Positions 12,597 through 26,266 of a stretch of 64,000 nt of DNA are shown in pieces. Source of the stretch: Eutreptiella sp. 'Long Island Sound 2002'. Lineage: Eukaryota > Protista > Euglenida. The translations under genes and the position numbers were made by a program. The notes below the pieces were generated by a model. It did not search any database, had not been told where the DNA came from, and saw only the letters and a list, made by a program, of their open reading frames with translations. The stretch is taken from contig OZ038378.1 of the NCBI GenBank assembly GCA_964036045.1, positions 7,564,001 to 7,628,000 of the forward strand, in the 5' to 3' direction. Each line of letters opens with the position of its first letter. Positions within the stretch are counted from its first letter, which is position 1.

Positions 12597-13933
12597 ATGT
12601 TCCTGAAAAACCGGTTGCCCATGGCCTTGGCACTGCCTCAGCGCAGGGGTGCGATGCCGTTTCGCGCCCTCCGATGGCACTCGCCAGCGCGGGTCCTGCT
12701 TTCAAGCGCGGAGACCAAAGACAAGGCATTGAACATTGAGACGGCCGGTGAGGACTATTACCGCCGACTTGCTGAGAAGGCGCCGGAGCCGGTGGCCAAG
12801 ATCTTCAGGGAACTTGCCAGCGACGACCGTGAGCACCAGTTCACTGTGGACGAGGCGTTCCGAGCGGGGGCCAAGGCCATGCCCGGTATGGCGTTCACAT
12901 CCCCAGCACGTTTGGACCCCAGGCCCCACAGCCCTGCACTGCACAACCCTCATCCGTGTGAGTGAGTGCCCTCCGCCGGCCCGAGTGACCCATTGACTGA
13001 GGGGTTTGGGCTGAGTAGGAGAGGCCTAGGGAGGGCAGGTTGGTTTTTGAGGGTTGAGGGGCCGGACAATGTGGGGGACGACCCTCCGGGATGCCGTGGT
13101 GCCGGGGGTACGAAGGTGACGCGCACCGTCGTCCTTCAGGGTAGGGCTTGAGCGGGCCCGCCCTTTGGCACAGCAACACATGTTTCACCCGCGTTCAGCA
13201 CTGCACGAGTCCCACATCGTGGAAACGGTCGATGGTATTTGCAAAAACATAAACCGTGTCGAAGCCCAGGCCGAGGGCAAGTCCATGGTGGAGGTGTACA
13301 AGGCGGCGAGGGACATGGAGGCCAAGAACCGCGATCAATACCTGGCTCTTGCGGAGGTGTGTGTGCCCGACGAGGCTTGGCTCACGGACACATGCCTCCC
13401 TTGGGACGGGACGGTGCCACTGGGGATTCCGTGCGGTGCCCCTCCCCTCCTCCCCCCTGGCAACGGCATACAAGCAAACAACAAGGCATACACAAGATTG
13501 TGGAGGGGCTCTTTGGTGGGGGTCGGGGTGGGGGTGTTCATGTCGCGCAGAAGAATCGTCCAACTGTATGACAGGCGTTTTTGTGGTGTGTTGTTCATTT
13601 TTTGTCCGTGGCCTTTCGCCTCGCAAATGCGGATTTCCCTGTGTTCTTCGTGCGGGTTTCGTGCCTCCGTGTACACTCGCAGACCGAGCGAAAAATCGTT
13701 CATTGAGCAACAGTGTGCGCCCCGTGCGGACAGGGGGTTTGGTGCATGGGCACCCGAGGGTCGCTGTGTCTGCTCCCTCTCAGAAAGAGACCGATCCGGA
13801 TACCCGTAAGTTGTTGGAGTTTCTTGCCCAAGAGACGGACCGGCACCACAAGGCACTGGATGAGATGGTCCACTTCGTCTGCGTGACGGATGTGTGGTTC
13901 CGTGGGGTCACTTCGTACGTGGATCTGTGGTGA
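12597..13933 (+). CDS. Rubrerythrin/ferritin-like four-helix protein with N-terminal mitochondrial-type presequence, 198 aa; join(12597..12885,13199..13356,13784..13933)
   Basis: Two ferritin-like helix pairs: ALNIETAGEDYYRRLAEKA..KIFRELASDDREH and AARDMEAKNRDQYLALAE|KETDPDTRKLLEFLAQETDRHHKAL. Introns 12886-13198 (phase 1) and 13357-13783 (phase 0) are GT..AG and keep the frame open to TGA. The N-terminal ~40 aa are Arg/Leu/Ala-rich with no acidic residues. Confidence 0.85.
13500..13596 (-). repeat. Dispersed repeat in intron 2 of the rubrerythrin-like gene (inverted partner of 11898-11990)
   Basis: Reverse-complement match by eye, roughly 80% identity. Confidence 0.85.
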
Positions 13934-16900
13934 CCTGGCGCCCTGCCCCCTGCCCCGCCGCGGTCCCGCTGGCACGGGACGGTGCACCCGTGAGACCGAG
14001 TGGACATGCACTTCAATGCCCGTCACAACGCCCGCCGGTCTCGCACACGCACACACACACACACACCAACGCCCCAAACGTCTTCCTCGTCCCCTGCCGA
14101 CGGGATGTTGTGTGCCCCGTGTGCCAGCCCCCGACAAAGATGACGGGGGCGAGGCTTCTGCTGTAGCCAAATACCGGAGGTCACGCCATTCCACACCGCC
14201 CCCCCTCGTCCCCCGGTCGCGACCCGGTCGCGACCCGGTCTGATGCGGCCCCTTCAGGGCCTGCGGCTGTATATGCTGCACCGTCACGTAGATGGAGATG
14301 GCCCCTGTACATAGCACTGCAGATCAGACCCGCACGTAGCCATGGGGATCGCATCTGTACATAGCACTGAAGGTCGCGCAAACGTCCACGCGGCCGTTGT
14401 TCTTGTCGTCTCCCCTCCTCCTGATTTGGTGCTGAACGAGTCCAGTAACCCCCTGTATCGCATCCCAACGGGACCAGAATACCGGAGGTTCTGTACAGCG
14501 CAGGACTTCGGATGCGTGCCATGTGTACATAGTGCGTTGCAGCCCGATCTGCGTCCCGGATGCTGCTTGGCAACCGCGGCGGCAGCTTCTTGGGGCTGTT
14601 TTGCCCCGAGATTGTGTGGGCGATGCGGAGGAGTAAAACGTGCCGCATCAAGTCACGGATATATGTATATACATAAAGTGGGCTCAGTGCGGTCCGTGAC
14701 CGTGTGGCGGTCTGGGAGGGGGCGCAAGCAGAACCTCCGCCGCAAACGCGGGCACAGCAGTGGCATAGGAACTTTGGTGAAGATATGCAGGGCATTCTGC
14801 AAAGCCGCGCATCCCTCACACATCAGCGGGTCCAAAGCGGTGCTTCTGCGACACGAGAGAATGTGTGGCGTGCGCAGTTGGTGCAGTTTGCACAGCTGTG
14901 TGCTTCTACGGGCACACTGGAGCGTGCGGTGTCTCGTAGGTGTCCACTGTCGGGGTAATGTGTCGGTGCTCTTTTTGTATTGGATGTAGTTGGGTTCCAC
15001 CTGCACCACTGCCCCGATCGGTACCGCCCATGCCGTATCCGCACCACCTCTATCTGCACCACCACCTGTGTCGGCACCACCAGCGGTGCTTGAGATTTAC
15101 TATCTGGGTTTAATGAAGGGCCGCTCCACTGCTTAAGCCCAATGGCGATCCAACAGCGGTTGGCAGTCTGCTGATGTAGGTGGGCTGTCAAGCAACTGTT
15201 TCAGGCCTACGCCTGCACAGTGCCCTGGCAGCATGATTCCTGCAGTTTCCTGCACTGGTGCCTGAGACGCCCGATGCTACCGTTTCCCGGTTTTGTTTTG
15301 TCTCGTGCTGTTGTGTGTCGTGCCAATGAGGGATGCGTCACCCAGTCTGCAGGCCCAGGTGCGGGGCGAGATCGGTGGGCGTTGAGCCCACTTGGCTGGT
15401 GAAGGCGACGTTTCAATCTTGAAACCATTTTGTAGATGCTGGCCCAGTCCCTGATGCAGGGCCATCACATGATGCCAAAATGACAAACGGTATTGGTTTC
15501 CCCAAGGGTGTGTGCATGCAAGCCTGCTACGGACCCCTAATCCTAATCAAGACTGCATATTGGCACCGAGCGGGTGGAGCAAGGGTCCTTGCAAGGTGTT
15601 CTGGAGAAGTTGCAGACAACATGTTGCACACTGATTCATGTGTCAATACGGACGAAAATGGGCCTAAAACTCTTGTTTTGGCGTTGTGAGGCCCAAGATC
15701 GCTTTTTTCATTTTCATTGCTAAAGCAGGGCTTTTTCAAGGCTTTTTGGGAGGCTATGGAATGCAACTCTGCCAACACTGGCTGCTATTGGCGCATTAAA
15801 GGGTGTGCATGTTGTGCAAGTGGCCCATGAACATTCTTTTCCCTCAGCATCTACCCACAACAAAGTCCTACATGCACTGCATGGCGTTCAAGCCATCCAA
15901 AGCCACCAAATGATGAAAATTCGGGTATTTGAGGTTTTTTCAATGCCGTTCAGGGCTGGTTTGTTTTTTTGGTCCCGAGTCAGTTTTGGAAAAAATCTTT
16001 TTTTTTGACCCCTGAGTGACCCTCTGTAACCCTACCAGAGGATGTGTGCCACGTGGCACCAACCATTGACACCCGTTGAACAGTGCACGCGGTGGGCCAA
16101 AAGTGGTTACAAGTGGTCCTAATGACTTTCGACACACCACAAACACCGCCTTTTACTTCCAAAGGGGTTACGTGTCTCTTGTGGGAATCCACGTTTTGGA
16201 CCCATATTTGACCCATTTCTGCTCCCCTAAGGGGAAATCTAAAAGCAATTCTGGAGTTATAAGGACACAACCAGATTAGTTGTATTGTTAATGGCTCAAA
16301 AACGCCGTTCTTGCCATCATAAGCCCCCCTGGTCACCTTTGGAAAAAATCATTTTTGACCCATCGTTGAAGAAATCCCTGTGACCCTAAACAAGCAAAAG
16401 GTGTAACAAAGGGCCATTGAGGGAAAGAGCTGGTTCACAAAGATGCCAAAGGGAGGAAAGGCCATTTTTCATGATTCAAGTGGGATTGAACATTTAGGGC
16501 GCACACCACATATCTCTCTCATCTGAAACTGTCAAAAAATCAGCATGTTTTGCCCATTCTTGACAATTTTTGGAATCCACCACCTGCACCCATGGGGCAC
16601 ATGGCTGAGCGTCACTGTCTAGGGTGGACTGGGGGTTCTAGCAAGACAGCAGCAAGCAGCAAACAAGCAGCAAGCGAGTAGGAGAAGAGAGAAAATCATG
16701 ATTCAGCCCTGGTGACTCCCGTTTCACCCAAAGATTTAATGGATGATACCTATGAATATGAAGTTGAATCAGGCAAACTCTGAGCAGAGAACTACCCTAA
16801 AACGGGTTATAAAAACCATACTGGTCGCACCAACGCGGTGACCCTAACACCAAAATCTGAAGCCAACGTTAACAATATGGCTGGGCTTCTATGGTTGAGG

Positions 16901-18873
16901 CCACACCAAAGAAGTAGAATACAAAATGATTGTTGCTTTTTCAACCCCTCTTGCTATCCATGCAACACCGGGGGTAGTATTTATTTGCCGCACGACTGGC
17001 AACTGTGGAGGATCGCTCTTGTGATGTCACGATTTCCCGTCACACACATAACCCTATCCCTCTCCCCCTAGGGGGCCTGGTGGAACTCGGCAATTGCGCT
17101 TCTCAAACACAAATACGAAGCATGTTCTGCCACAGACCATCGGCGGGCATGCACATATTAGTGCATACACGCGGGTCCGCACTCGATTATGTGTTTGGTC
17201 CCATCGGGATTTTTCTTTGTGTACCCGTCTTCACAACCAGCTGCTGGCATTGTCCTTTTGCATGCGTTACACACAAGCTGAACCGAATCACATTGGGATC
17301 CAGCACAGGTACATCGAGCCGGTTTGTAACTGCATGGCTTTGGGCACCGATAAAACAGCAGTGGTTGTTTAGCCACCTGTCTTTCTACCGTCTCTGGTTA
17401 CTCCAGGAGGGTAGGAGTTATGTAGCTATGGTGTTTGCTCTCTGCGGGTGCGCCTTTGATACAGCAAGGCCTATCTGGCCAATTTGATACCTCTATTTCC
17501 ACTTGCCGAAACGACGCATCTGCCATGTCGTGATGTCGGTCCTTCCCACCAACGTGGCTATGCTAAACACGCATGCACAGTGGTGAGAGCAGGCACAGCA
17601 CCAGAACATAGTCTGCGTCCGAAACGGAGGCCACCTGTGGACTCGGGTGCGACAAACTCGGTGACATGGTGCTTGTCTGTGCTACGGACTGCAATCCCTG
17701 AGTCCAACTGTTCCACATTTGTGTGCCTGTGTAGGAATGGATTGCAAGAGTCCAAGGTACCCCAGGTTCTTTTCAGTGGCACCACAATGAATGAACATAC
17801 CCCCCCCCCCCACCCCAAAAGGAGGCCAAGCGCAAAAAAATATTCAAAAATGAAAAAGTCTGACTCAGTCAACCAGAAACATGTCTGCAAACTTGAATTC
17901 CACAATAAGATCCTCTATTTTGGGTGCTGTTGCAGAAAATTTTGCGTAGGTAAAATTCAAAATACCCAATGCAAAAATTAGCACTCTGCAAAACGTCGGC
18001 ATTGGCACGGTGAATTTTTTTCCATGTTGAAAGTAGCCATTCTACCTCCTTGCTCAGCGTAAGAGCACCTTGCACCACAAACGACTTTGGACGTTAAAAG
18101 TACAGCCTCCACACACTCTATACACTACGATTATTGAAATCACTCTCGCCTTCAAATCGAACTTCCATGAAGGTATGGGCTACCTCTGGTGTAGTGGATG
18201 GCAACACAAGTGGGAGCTCGACTGCGAGCTTTTCCAAAACAACACACATTCCATCATGGCAACCCTGCACCCGTCGACAGATGGCGGCGGACATCGCCAT
18301 GAACATGGTGGCTGTCACCAAAACGTCCCCATTTACAACATGATCTTGGACCAAACAGTGCATTTGTTCCACGGCATATCCAGACCCATCCGCACTGGCC
18401 GTTTGGAGTACCATATGGGGGGGAGTTGTCAGCCATGGAAATCGTTGCAGGGTGTAGCTGATGGCTGGCCGCGCAGCTTGAAATGTCTGCGCTGTCTGCG
18501 CAATTAATTAATTAATGTGCGCGTGATTTGGGGCTGGGGGGGATTTTGCAGCGGAAGTCTGAAGGAAATAGGATGGGTCATAGCACAAAATCCTGACATG
18601 GCTTGGCATCGGAATTGAAACTCCGCGGTGGAGTATGGTGCACGGATGGCGCGATGGTTGGCTAAGGTGTGCCTAGACTGATTGAAGGGGCCAGGAGGAA
18701 CAAGTGCAGGTGGGCGTGTGACGCAGACCGCATTTTACGCTGGCGTGCGCCCGTGCCACTGCCCTGTCTGCCTCCACCGCTTGGCATTTTCAGTGACAAA
18801 AGGCTCTGGAATCCCCCGCTGAAGGGCCGGGGGAGGCGGGTCGCACAGTGCCGGCTCGAGCGTGCGGCACACA

Positions 18874-20998
18874 ATGCCCCCGGGCCGCGTCGGGGCCTGT
18901 CCCGGCGTTGTGCTCTGTTCAGTCGTCGTGACCGTGGTTGCCCTCTGCGCCGTCGCTGTGGACCTCTGCATGGCATCGCCGCCCGGACTGCGCGCACAGG
19001 CGGCGTTCCTCTCGCACGCGACCGTCCGACACGCCCCCCACATGACCGCACATCGTCCGGGGCGTTGGGGGTCGCATGTGCCATCGCATGCGGTGGAGCG
19101 CCATCGGGTGTCCGGTCCGGCCCATGCCCTGCCCCAACATTTTGCGCCGGACAGATCGGCAGCATCGGCAGCAGCAGCTGCATCCCTCGGGCGCCCCCCG
19201 CTCCTCACCATCGGCTCCCTCGTCGCCGCCTCTTTGTGCCTCGCCGCCCGATGTGCTGTCCCACGGCCGGCCGGCCGGATCCCGCCCCCGGATGCCGGAC
19301 CGGCCTGGGCCCCCATGTCCGGCGGTGCTTCCGGGGCCCCGTCGTGGCCTACCACCCCCTTGGCCCACTCCCGCGCGTCCAGCCCCCGGCCGTCCCCGCC
19401 ACGCGCGGCGTCGGGCGATGCCGTCTCTGAAGGGCGCGTACAATGCGAGGGGCCGTTCCTGCTGCCGCCCAAGTCGTCGGGGGGCGAGGCCCTGGCGTTT
19501 GTGCTGCGGCACCGGCCGCGAGGGTTCGAGGAGGTGCTGGGGGAGGAGGTGGAGCGCCTGTGCGAGGAGCGCATGCGGCAGCGCCGCGAGCGGGAGAGGG
19601 CGTCGGGGTTCGAGGCGGTGCTCCGGCGGCGGATCCAGGAGTCGGTCGCGCAGCACCAGCGGGAGGCGGTGGAAGACGTACTGTACTTCTACGTCTGCCG
19701 GCAGTTCGGGCTCCTGGGGGTGCCCCCTCTGCGGCCGCCGGTGGGAGAGGGGGACGTGATGCTGCCTGAGTCGCAACGCGACGCGTTGTTGGTATGCGCC
19801 TGGGGGTCGATGTGCAGCCCGTCCACAACGTGGTCCACTCGCCCTCTGGACGGGCCCCTCCACCGCCTGTGCAGCCCGTTGGTGGGTTTCTCCCTCTTCG
19901 AGTCTGCCAGCACCCCCCTCCCCCCCTCATATGCTCTTCCGCCCTCTCTCAGACAAAAGTGCACTTTTTTGGCTTCATTGGGATCTGCGTTGGGGTACAC
20001 AGTGTTCTGGATCCCCCTCACCCCCGTCGCCTGCGGTTTTTTTTTTCTGCCTAACGGGGCGGTGTTTTCGGTATTGTCGTGCACGTACGACAGTCATCGT
20101 CCTGCGACGTGGATGTGGATCACCGATCTCTGTACGTTTGACGTCCGGTCTCGGCTGCTTTTTTCTTTGAGACGAGTTGGCCCGGGTTTGGTCGGGCAGG
20201 GCAGAGCTGCGTCGGATGTAGTGGACACCCGCAGGGCCCAAAGCATTGGGGCCCTGTTGTAGTGTGCTGCTGGTCTGCATGTCCCCTGTGTCGGGGAGGC
20301 CACATGCTCAGGGGGGCTGCTGGGGCCGAGCACCGCAGTACATGGGCTGCGGCTCCATCCCTGAAACGCTTGAAACGACCCCCAAAATCCTGTGAAGCAA
20401 CCGTTCATGAGGTCGGTGGCTGCACGCTGCCCCAGCAGTTCCAACGCTATAATCGACGGAGCGCTGTGGAAGCTGCAAATGGAGTGTTTATCAGCATGAC
20501 GAGTGGCCCTGAGCAAGCGCCTGGGTCACCAAAGAATGGACTGTGGCTGTACGCCGTGACCCCCCCCCCCCCCCACTAAGGGATGTTGCCTTCTGCCCCA
20601 ACACTTTTCAGGGTGGCGTACACTCGCCGCAAGTGTGCGAGATCGTGCTCGCATTCATTTCAAATATGTTGCGGCGCATTGCAGTGCGGGACCGGTCCGT
20701 CAGAGGGTCTCACGTGGCGGCCATGTACACTGAGGCTCTGCTGTTCGGGTATCAGCTGCGGCGGGCGGACAAGCGGTTCGGGCTACTCCAGAACCTTGGA
20801 ATGGTCCCCGGAGGCATGTCTGACGAGGAGACCATACTGCTGCTGCTGGAGAGCTACAACAGGTCGGCTTTCATTCAATGGCTTTTTTTTGAAAGTGTGG
20901 TGTCGCCTGCCACCAGCATCCTGCAGAGTAGCGGCGTCTGCTTGCAGTGGGCCCTGTGCCGTGTGCCAGTCAGTAATCCCCCCCCCCCGCCCGCCACA

Positions 20999-21030
<32 letters not shown>

Positions 21031-24000
21031 CACACCCACGTACCCACACCCACACCCACCCACACCCACCCACCCACCCACCCTCCCACACACACCGACA
21101 CCCACACACCCTCCCACACACACCGACACCCACACACCCTCACACCCACACCCACACCCACACCCACACCCACACCCACACCCACACCCACACCCACACC
21201 CACACCCACATTCACACCCACACCCACACCCACACCCACACCCACACCCACACCCACACCCACACCCACACCCACATTCACACACACACCCACACCCACA
21301 CCCACACCCACACCCACACCCACACCCACACCCACACCCACACCCACACCCACACCCACACCCACACCCACACCCACACCCACACCCACACCCACACCCA
21401 CACCCACACCCACATTCACACCCACACCCACACCCACACCCACATCCACAGCAGTCAGTGGGAACATCCTGCTTCCAGGACGTGCAAAACTGCTCCCGCA
21501 CCGGGGGGGGGGGAAGACGCTGAATGAGATGCACCGTTTGTTTTTGATTGCAAGGGTCAGTTTGGACGCTGAAGGCTGGCTTCTTCAGATGAGGCGATAT
21601 GCGTAACGAAATGCAAAACACAGGGAGACGCCGCTCAGTGGATTGGGCCACACCTGAGTTTGGGGCAGGAAGTATGAATTGCTTGCTCCAACGGGGTATA
21701 GGGCAGAAGCAGTATGGAGGCTCTGTCACTTCTTGTTGAGCAAGTAATGCCCCTCCTCCAAAGCACCATAGAGGGGTACGATTCCCTACCGCATGGGACA
21801 CGTTGAGCCGGGTTCGTAGTCACAGGCGCTTTGCAAACTCAGGTTTCCAGGCTTTTCATCTACCATCGGAGCATTCTATTTTTTGTTGCCTTTTTCATCA
21901 CAGTTTGCACATTTTCCACATTTGTTTTGTGTGTTTTGGGAATGTCGGCGATTGCAATGCACTGTCCTCTACATGCAGTCGACCACTAGCTCTACTTCTG
22001 CGTGAGTCCCTATTTCAGATGGTGGTTCTGGTTTCACCTCTTTTTTGCAACTAAAACTCCACGTCGTCCAGGTCTACATCACACTCTGATTTGGACCTTT
22101 CTTAAGTTGACTTTCTTTGACGTGACATTGGGATGTTGGGACGTTGCGCTGATGGGGCGCCGCTTTGGGGGACGGCCAGAAATGACCGGGGACACATACG
22201 TACTGCCACTGATGCCACAATATCGCAGTGATTCAATTTGAGCCCCATGTGGGGAGGTTTGGGGCGAGCAGGCTTTGCATGCAGTCATTTGTATGACTGG
22301 GTTCTGGGAAGTCCAACACAGGGCCAGGGGCTTCCGGATCACTAAGTATGGCCCATTGGCGGCGCGCTGCATTTCCAAGCAGCGTGCCATTCATGTGATG
22401 TGGATTATGACCATTTGGAATTGGGCCAGTACGTACTGCTGCAGCAGCAGGAACTTGTTTGTGGCAAAGAAACAGTTTAATTGTGGTTATGTTTTGTGGA
22501 CCAGTCATTTTTGTGGAGACCAAAATCAGGGGTTTTTTTCGTGTACATGTTTTGCAGGAACATTCTTAGAACCTCAACATCCATTGATCCCAAGATGGGT
22601 GAATGCCGAGATCGACCAACCCCAAGATCGACCAACCCCAAGATTGATCAATCCCAAGATCGACCGATCCCAAGATTGAATCCATTTAAAGATGCGGGTT
22701 TACGATTTTTCCCGCATGAAAACCACACATTTGTGACTGTTTGTTCGTGATGTAGACAGATGCGTAGAGCCGGGGCTCCACTTTCATATTGCTGACATTA
22801 AAACAGGGAGGGCAGCACAATGGGCAGCACATTTTGATCTCCGCCCTCACCCAAAGATCCAAACCAAGAGATATTCCCCCCCTATGACCCTCGAAGTCTA
22901 CGTAATTTTGTGCACGTTTGCGGCCATTTTCCGGTGGAACGGACGAAACCCAAGGATAACTGCTGATTGTACCGTGCGGGCCTGCGAGGGGGCCGTGGTC
23001 TGTGCAATGTGTTTGGTCTCGTGCTTCCTTCCCCTGCTGCTCCCTGTGCCGTTGGCCGAGCGTTCCCCGGCCGTGGAACCCTGGGGCTCAAGTTTGTGGA
23101 CCGGAAATAGGGTACCGGAGGCGGGGGGGGGGGACCGGCCGCAGCGGCTGACAGAAAGCAGCAACCCAACACAACATGCGAAGGGAAGAACGGGTAACTG
23201 TCCAGGGCCCCGTAAAGAAACAACAACCAGACGGAATGTCACACAGGGGGTATCTTCAATGAGATACCGGACAGTACGGACCTCAAACAACAGTCGGCAC
23301 CGCGGTGACCGGCACGCGGTAAAAGATAGTGCCGCACTTCTCTTCGGCGGTGTTGAGCCTTGGGTCCGATTGGGCCAGGGCCCTCCGTAAGGAGCCAGAG
23401 GTTTTTTTTTTTTTTTTTTTTTGCTGAGGACAGCCCCCAGGGACCACAAACCGCCAACCGCCAACCGCCAACCGCCAACCTTTAAAGTAGAGAAGGTGCC
23501 ATGACCAGGAAGCAGAAGGCGTCCCCGTGAACGTTCGTTTCTGTTGGCGTTACGAAGCTTACCCCCCCCCCCCCCTTAAGGACATCCCTGGATCCGTCCG
23601 TCCGGGCGACGACGCGCCCGTCGCTCGGGGTGCTCCCGCGGTCCTCGTGCTTTGACAATGGAGTGGTGGTGTGTGTGAGTGGAGTGTGACGCGTGTATTG
23701 CAGTGCGGGCACCGCGTTGCATCGGTTGTGCCTCTCGCCACATGGAGGGCCCTGTGGCCGTGTGCCTGTACCACGACCATTGGCCCGTCCACGTCTGAGA
23801 CGGGGGTCGGGGGCAGCCACTTACTGAATTGGCCACACGGCCCCTTTGCCACGGCCATTCCGCCCTTTTACCGCAGCGCCGACGCCGAGTCCCAGGACCC
23901 TGACGGCCCGAGTGCCGTGCCCCAGCGCTCCACAGGCCCCCCCCCGACCCTCGTCGAGTACATGGACGCGTTCACGGCTGACGTCCAGAACGGTACGAGT

Positions 24001-24303
24001 CACCTCAAGTCTCTTGAGACGCTGAACGTGGTCGAAGGGTACGCCCGCGCGTTGTGGGGCGACGCGCCGCAGCTGCTCCGCAACGCGGGCGACCCAAGCG
24101 AGAGTCGCGTGCCGCGCAAGCGCAACGACGTCCCGCCGCCGAAGGTCGACACGCCGACGCTGTCGGTGGGGGGCGGGCAGCGCATTCTTCTGGAGGCAGT
24201 GGCCTTTGGGGCTTTCCTGCGTGACGCCGAGAGGCACTTGGAGCTCACGGCCCCCGCGCCCCTCTTTACCCCCAACCCCCGCAAACCCCCCGTCCCTCCG
24301 TGA
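18874..24303 (+). CDS. Plastid-targeted DUF760 / UV-B-induced protein At3g17800-like, 531 aa; join(18874..19791,20612..20862,23877..24303)
   Basis: Motifs [82 protein letters not shown] correspond to At3g17800-type LYRRIAEVK..LEEILY, HSPEVYEMI, YAASVMYGYFLKRIDQRF, LKTYVMSF, RLVLEAVTFGSFLWDVE. GT..AG introns 19792-20611 (phase 0) and 20863-23876 (phase 2) join in frame. The N-terminus has a signal-like hydrophobic segment, a Ser/Arg/Pro-rich stretch and a second hydrophobic segment, as in euglenid class I presequences. Confidence 0.9.
20996..21447. repeat. Compound microsatellite (GCAC)n then (CACACC)n in DUF760 intron 2
   Basis: Direct reading; it explains the HP/HT/CG/VG-repeat ORFs. Confidence 0.97.
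22589..22683. repeat. ~16-bp tandem minisatellite (CCCAAGATCGACCAAC), about 5-6 copies
   Basis: ccgagatcgaccaac cccaagatcgaccaac cccaagattgatcaat cccaagatcgaccgat cccaagattgaat. Confidence 0.9.
23446..23481. repeat. (CCAACCG)n heptamer repeat, probably part of a dispersed element spanning ~22880-23590
   Basis: aaaccgccaaccgccaaccgccaaccgccaacc next to a poly-T run. Element boundaries not resolved. Confidence 0.7.
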
Positions 24304-26266
24304 GGCCCTTGGCACCCCCGATTCTTGGCGGCAGGGCTCTGTGATGTGTGCCTCGCAACGCAGCGCGCTTCCTCCGACGTCGTGAGGGCGTGTCCCTGCG
24401 CTTGCGGTGGCCGTGCCAGTCAGCGCATCGGCCTGTGCTCCCCTGGGGGAAGGGGGGGTCGTCACGCTGTCCTCCGAAGCAGAGGCACCCGCCATTGACA
24501 TGGCGACAAGTGCTCGCGGCTGTTCCATCGGTGGGCCTGTGCGGCTCAGCATCCAGCCCCAAGTGACTCGAGGCACTGGGGGCGGGGGAGCAGGGGGGTG
24601 ACTTTGGTGCGGTATGGTCTGCCCTTCAGATGCAGCCAAGGGACTCCGGGGCGGATCCGGCGCCTCTGTGACCCTTGTGCCACCACCGCAACTCCTTTGT
24701 TCAACCCCCGCTGGCGCTGGGCCATGTATCGCCCCCACCCCCTTCTGTCGGCCCCACGGTGCGCACAATGCCGGACAACACCGGCGGGAGGGGTAGGGGT
24801 TTCCATCGCCGTTTGTTTTGGGGGGTTGGGGTGTGGGTGTGGGGGCGGGGGGCATGCGTGTGTTGGATCCCTTTGTGATTGGGGTGGGTGTTTTGTTTTT
24901 CGCTGTGGATGAGTTGTACATGAGGGCTGCCCGAAGGTGTGCTGTATGTTCCTTCCATTGGGCTCCCTGTGCTTCGAGGGGTGTTGCATCACAACGTCGT
25001 GCCGAGGGCAGAATTTATGGGCCAACAAGTTGGACCTCGTGGGCCTCATGTACCGGTGGTGCCACTTTTGCAGATGCCAAGTGGGCGCAGGGAACTGAGT
25101 GGCTGGGCACGGTGCTTGGGGAGAGAAGAAGTATGTTGGTACAAATGAACTCCTTGTCTGGCGGTCTCCCTCGGAGCCTTGAATGTGATTGTAGGTAGTG
25201 CCGGGTCGCTGCGATTCCACACCCCCACGCACACCCATGTGCACACGTCTGGATGATGTCGTGTGGGGGCGGGGGCGTGTCCAGCCCCCCAATTCCGTCC
25301 ACGGGCGGTGAAGGCCAAGACTCTTTAGATGCGCTTGAGGTTCTTTCTGTTTCAAGGATCATTTGGGGCATTCTGGGAAATGCAAGCCCCTGTTGTTGGG
25401 TGTTCGACTATCAGAAAGCCAAGATGCGGTCGTGACAGCGTGGGCCCGAGCCCAGCCGCTGACCAGGGGGCCAGAACATGACGGGGCCAGAACTTCCATC
25501 CGGCCGGCGATGTGGAACCTCGTCCAAAAAGCATCAGAATGCCCTTCTGGCACTCGTTTCAAGGAGGTAAGACCCCCCCCCCCAAAGATGTACGCCTGAC
25601 CCAATAGAGCCCGAAGCGCCCGTAAGTGTAGGGGCTGTAGACACGAGAACTGCTCGCGTGAACATGACTCGCACTGTGATAGCGCCGAATTACGGCCGGA
25701 TGGACAGAAGGCGATGACAGCCGTGGGGCAGGCGCGGCCAGAGCCTAATGCGGACACTGCAACCTGACCACTTGACCCCCCCAAAGAAACGAGGATTTTG
25801 AAAGCTGTAGCCGAAAAGTTCGAACCGCGTTCGTATTGGTTCGTGGATGGAATGGACACCCCGCCCGCGAAGCGCCCATGTATGTGTGGCACACATACCG
25901 TCTTCCCTCCCTCTGCGCAGCTCTGGACCACGTCCCCAGACCACAGCTTCACTCAACAACTCAGCAGCAGTGCGGGTGGGTGGTGGGTGGTGGGGTGTGG
26001 GGGGTCCCGGACCATCTCCCACCCTCCCCCTTGGACCCACCCCCCGCCCCCCACCAGCACCCCCTGACTTGATTGGGGGAAGTATTTTCTGGGGCTTTCG
26101 GCCGACGAAGATTTTTCATCGGCGCCTTTGGCGCCGTCCAAAAGTCAGGACCAGTGGAGGGGTGTGTGGGGGGTCAGGAGCCCCCCTGTTGGGCCCACCC
26201 CAGTCCCGTGGGAGGGATCAGAGTGCGGGTTGAGGTCTTGCATGAGCCCCGATATGGGGGGCTGAC

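Noticed and set aside
20543-21801. Long ORFs with HP, HT, CG or VG dipeptide repeats
   Set aside because: Translations of the (CACACC)n microsatellite inside an intron; only 20612-20862 is exonic.
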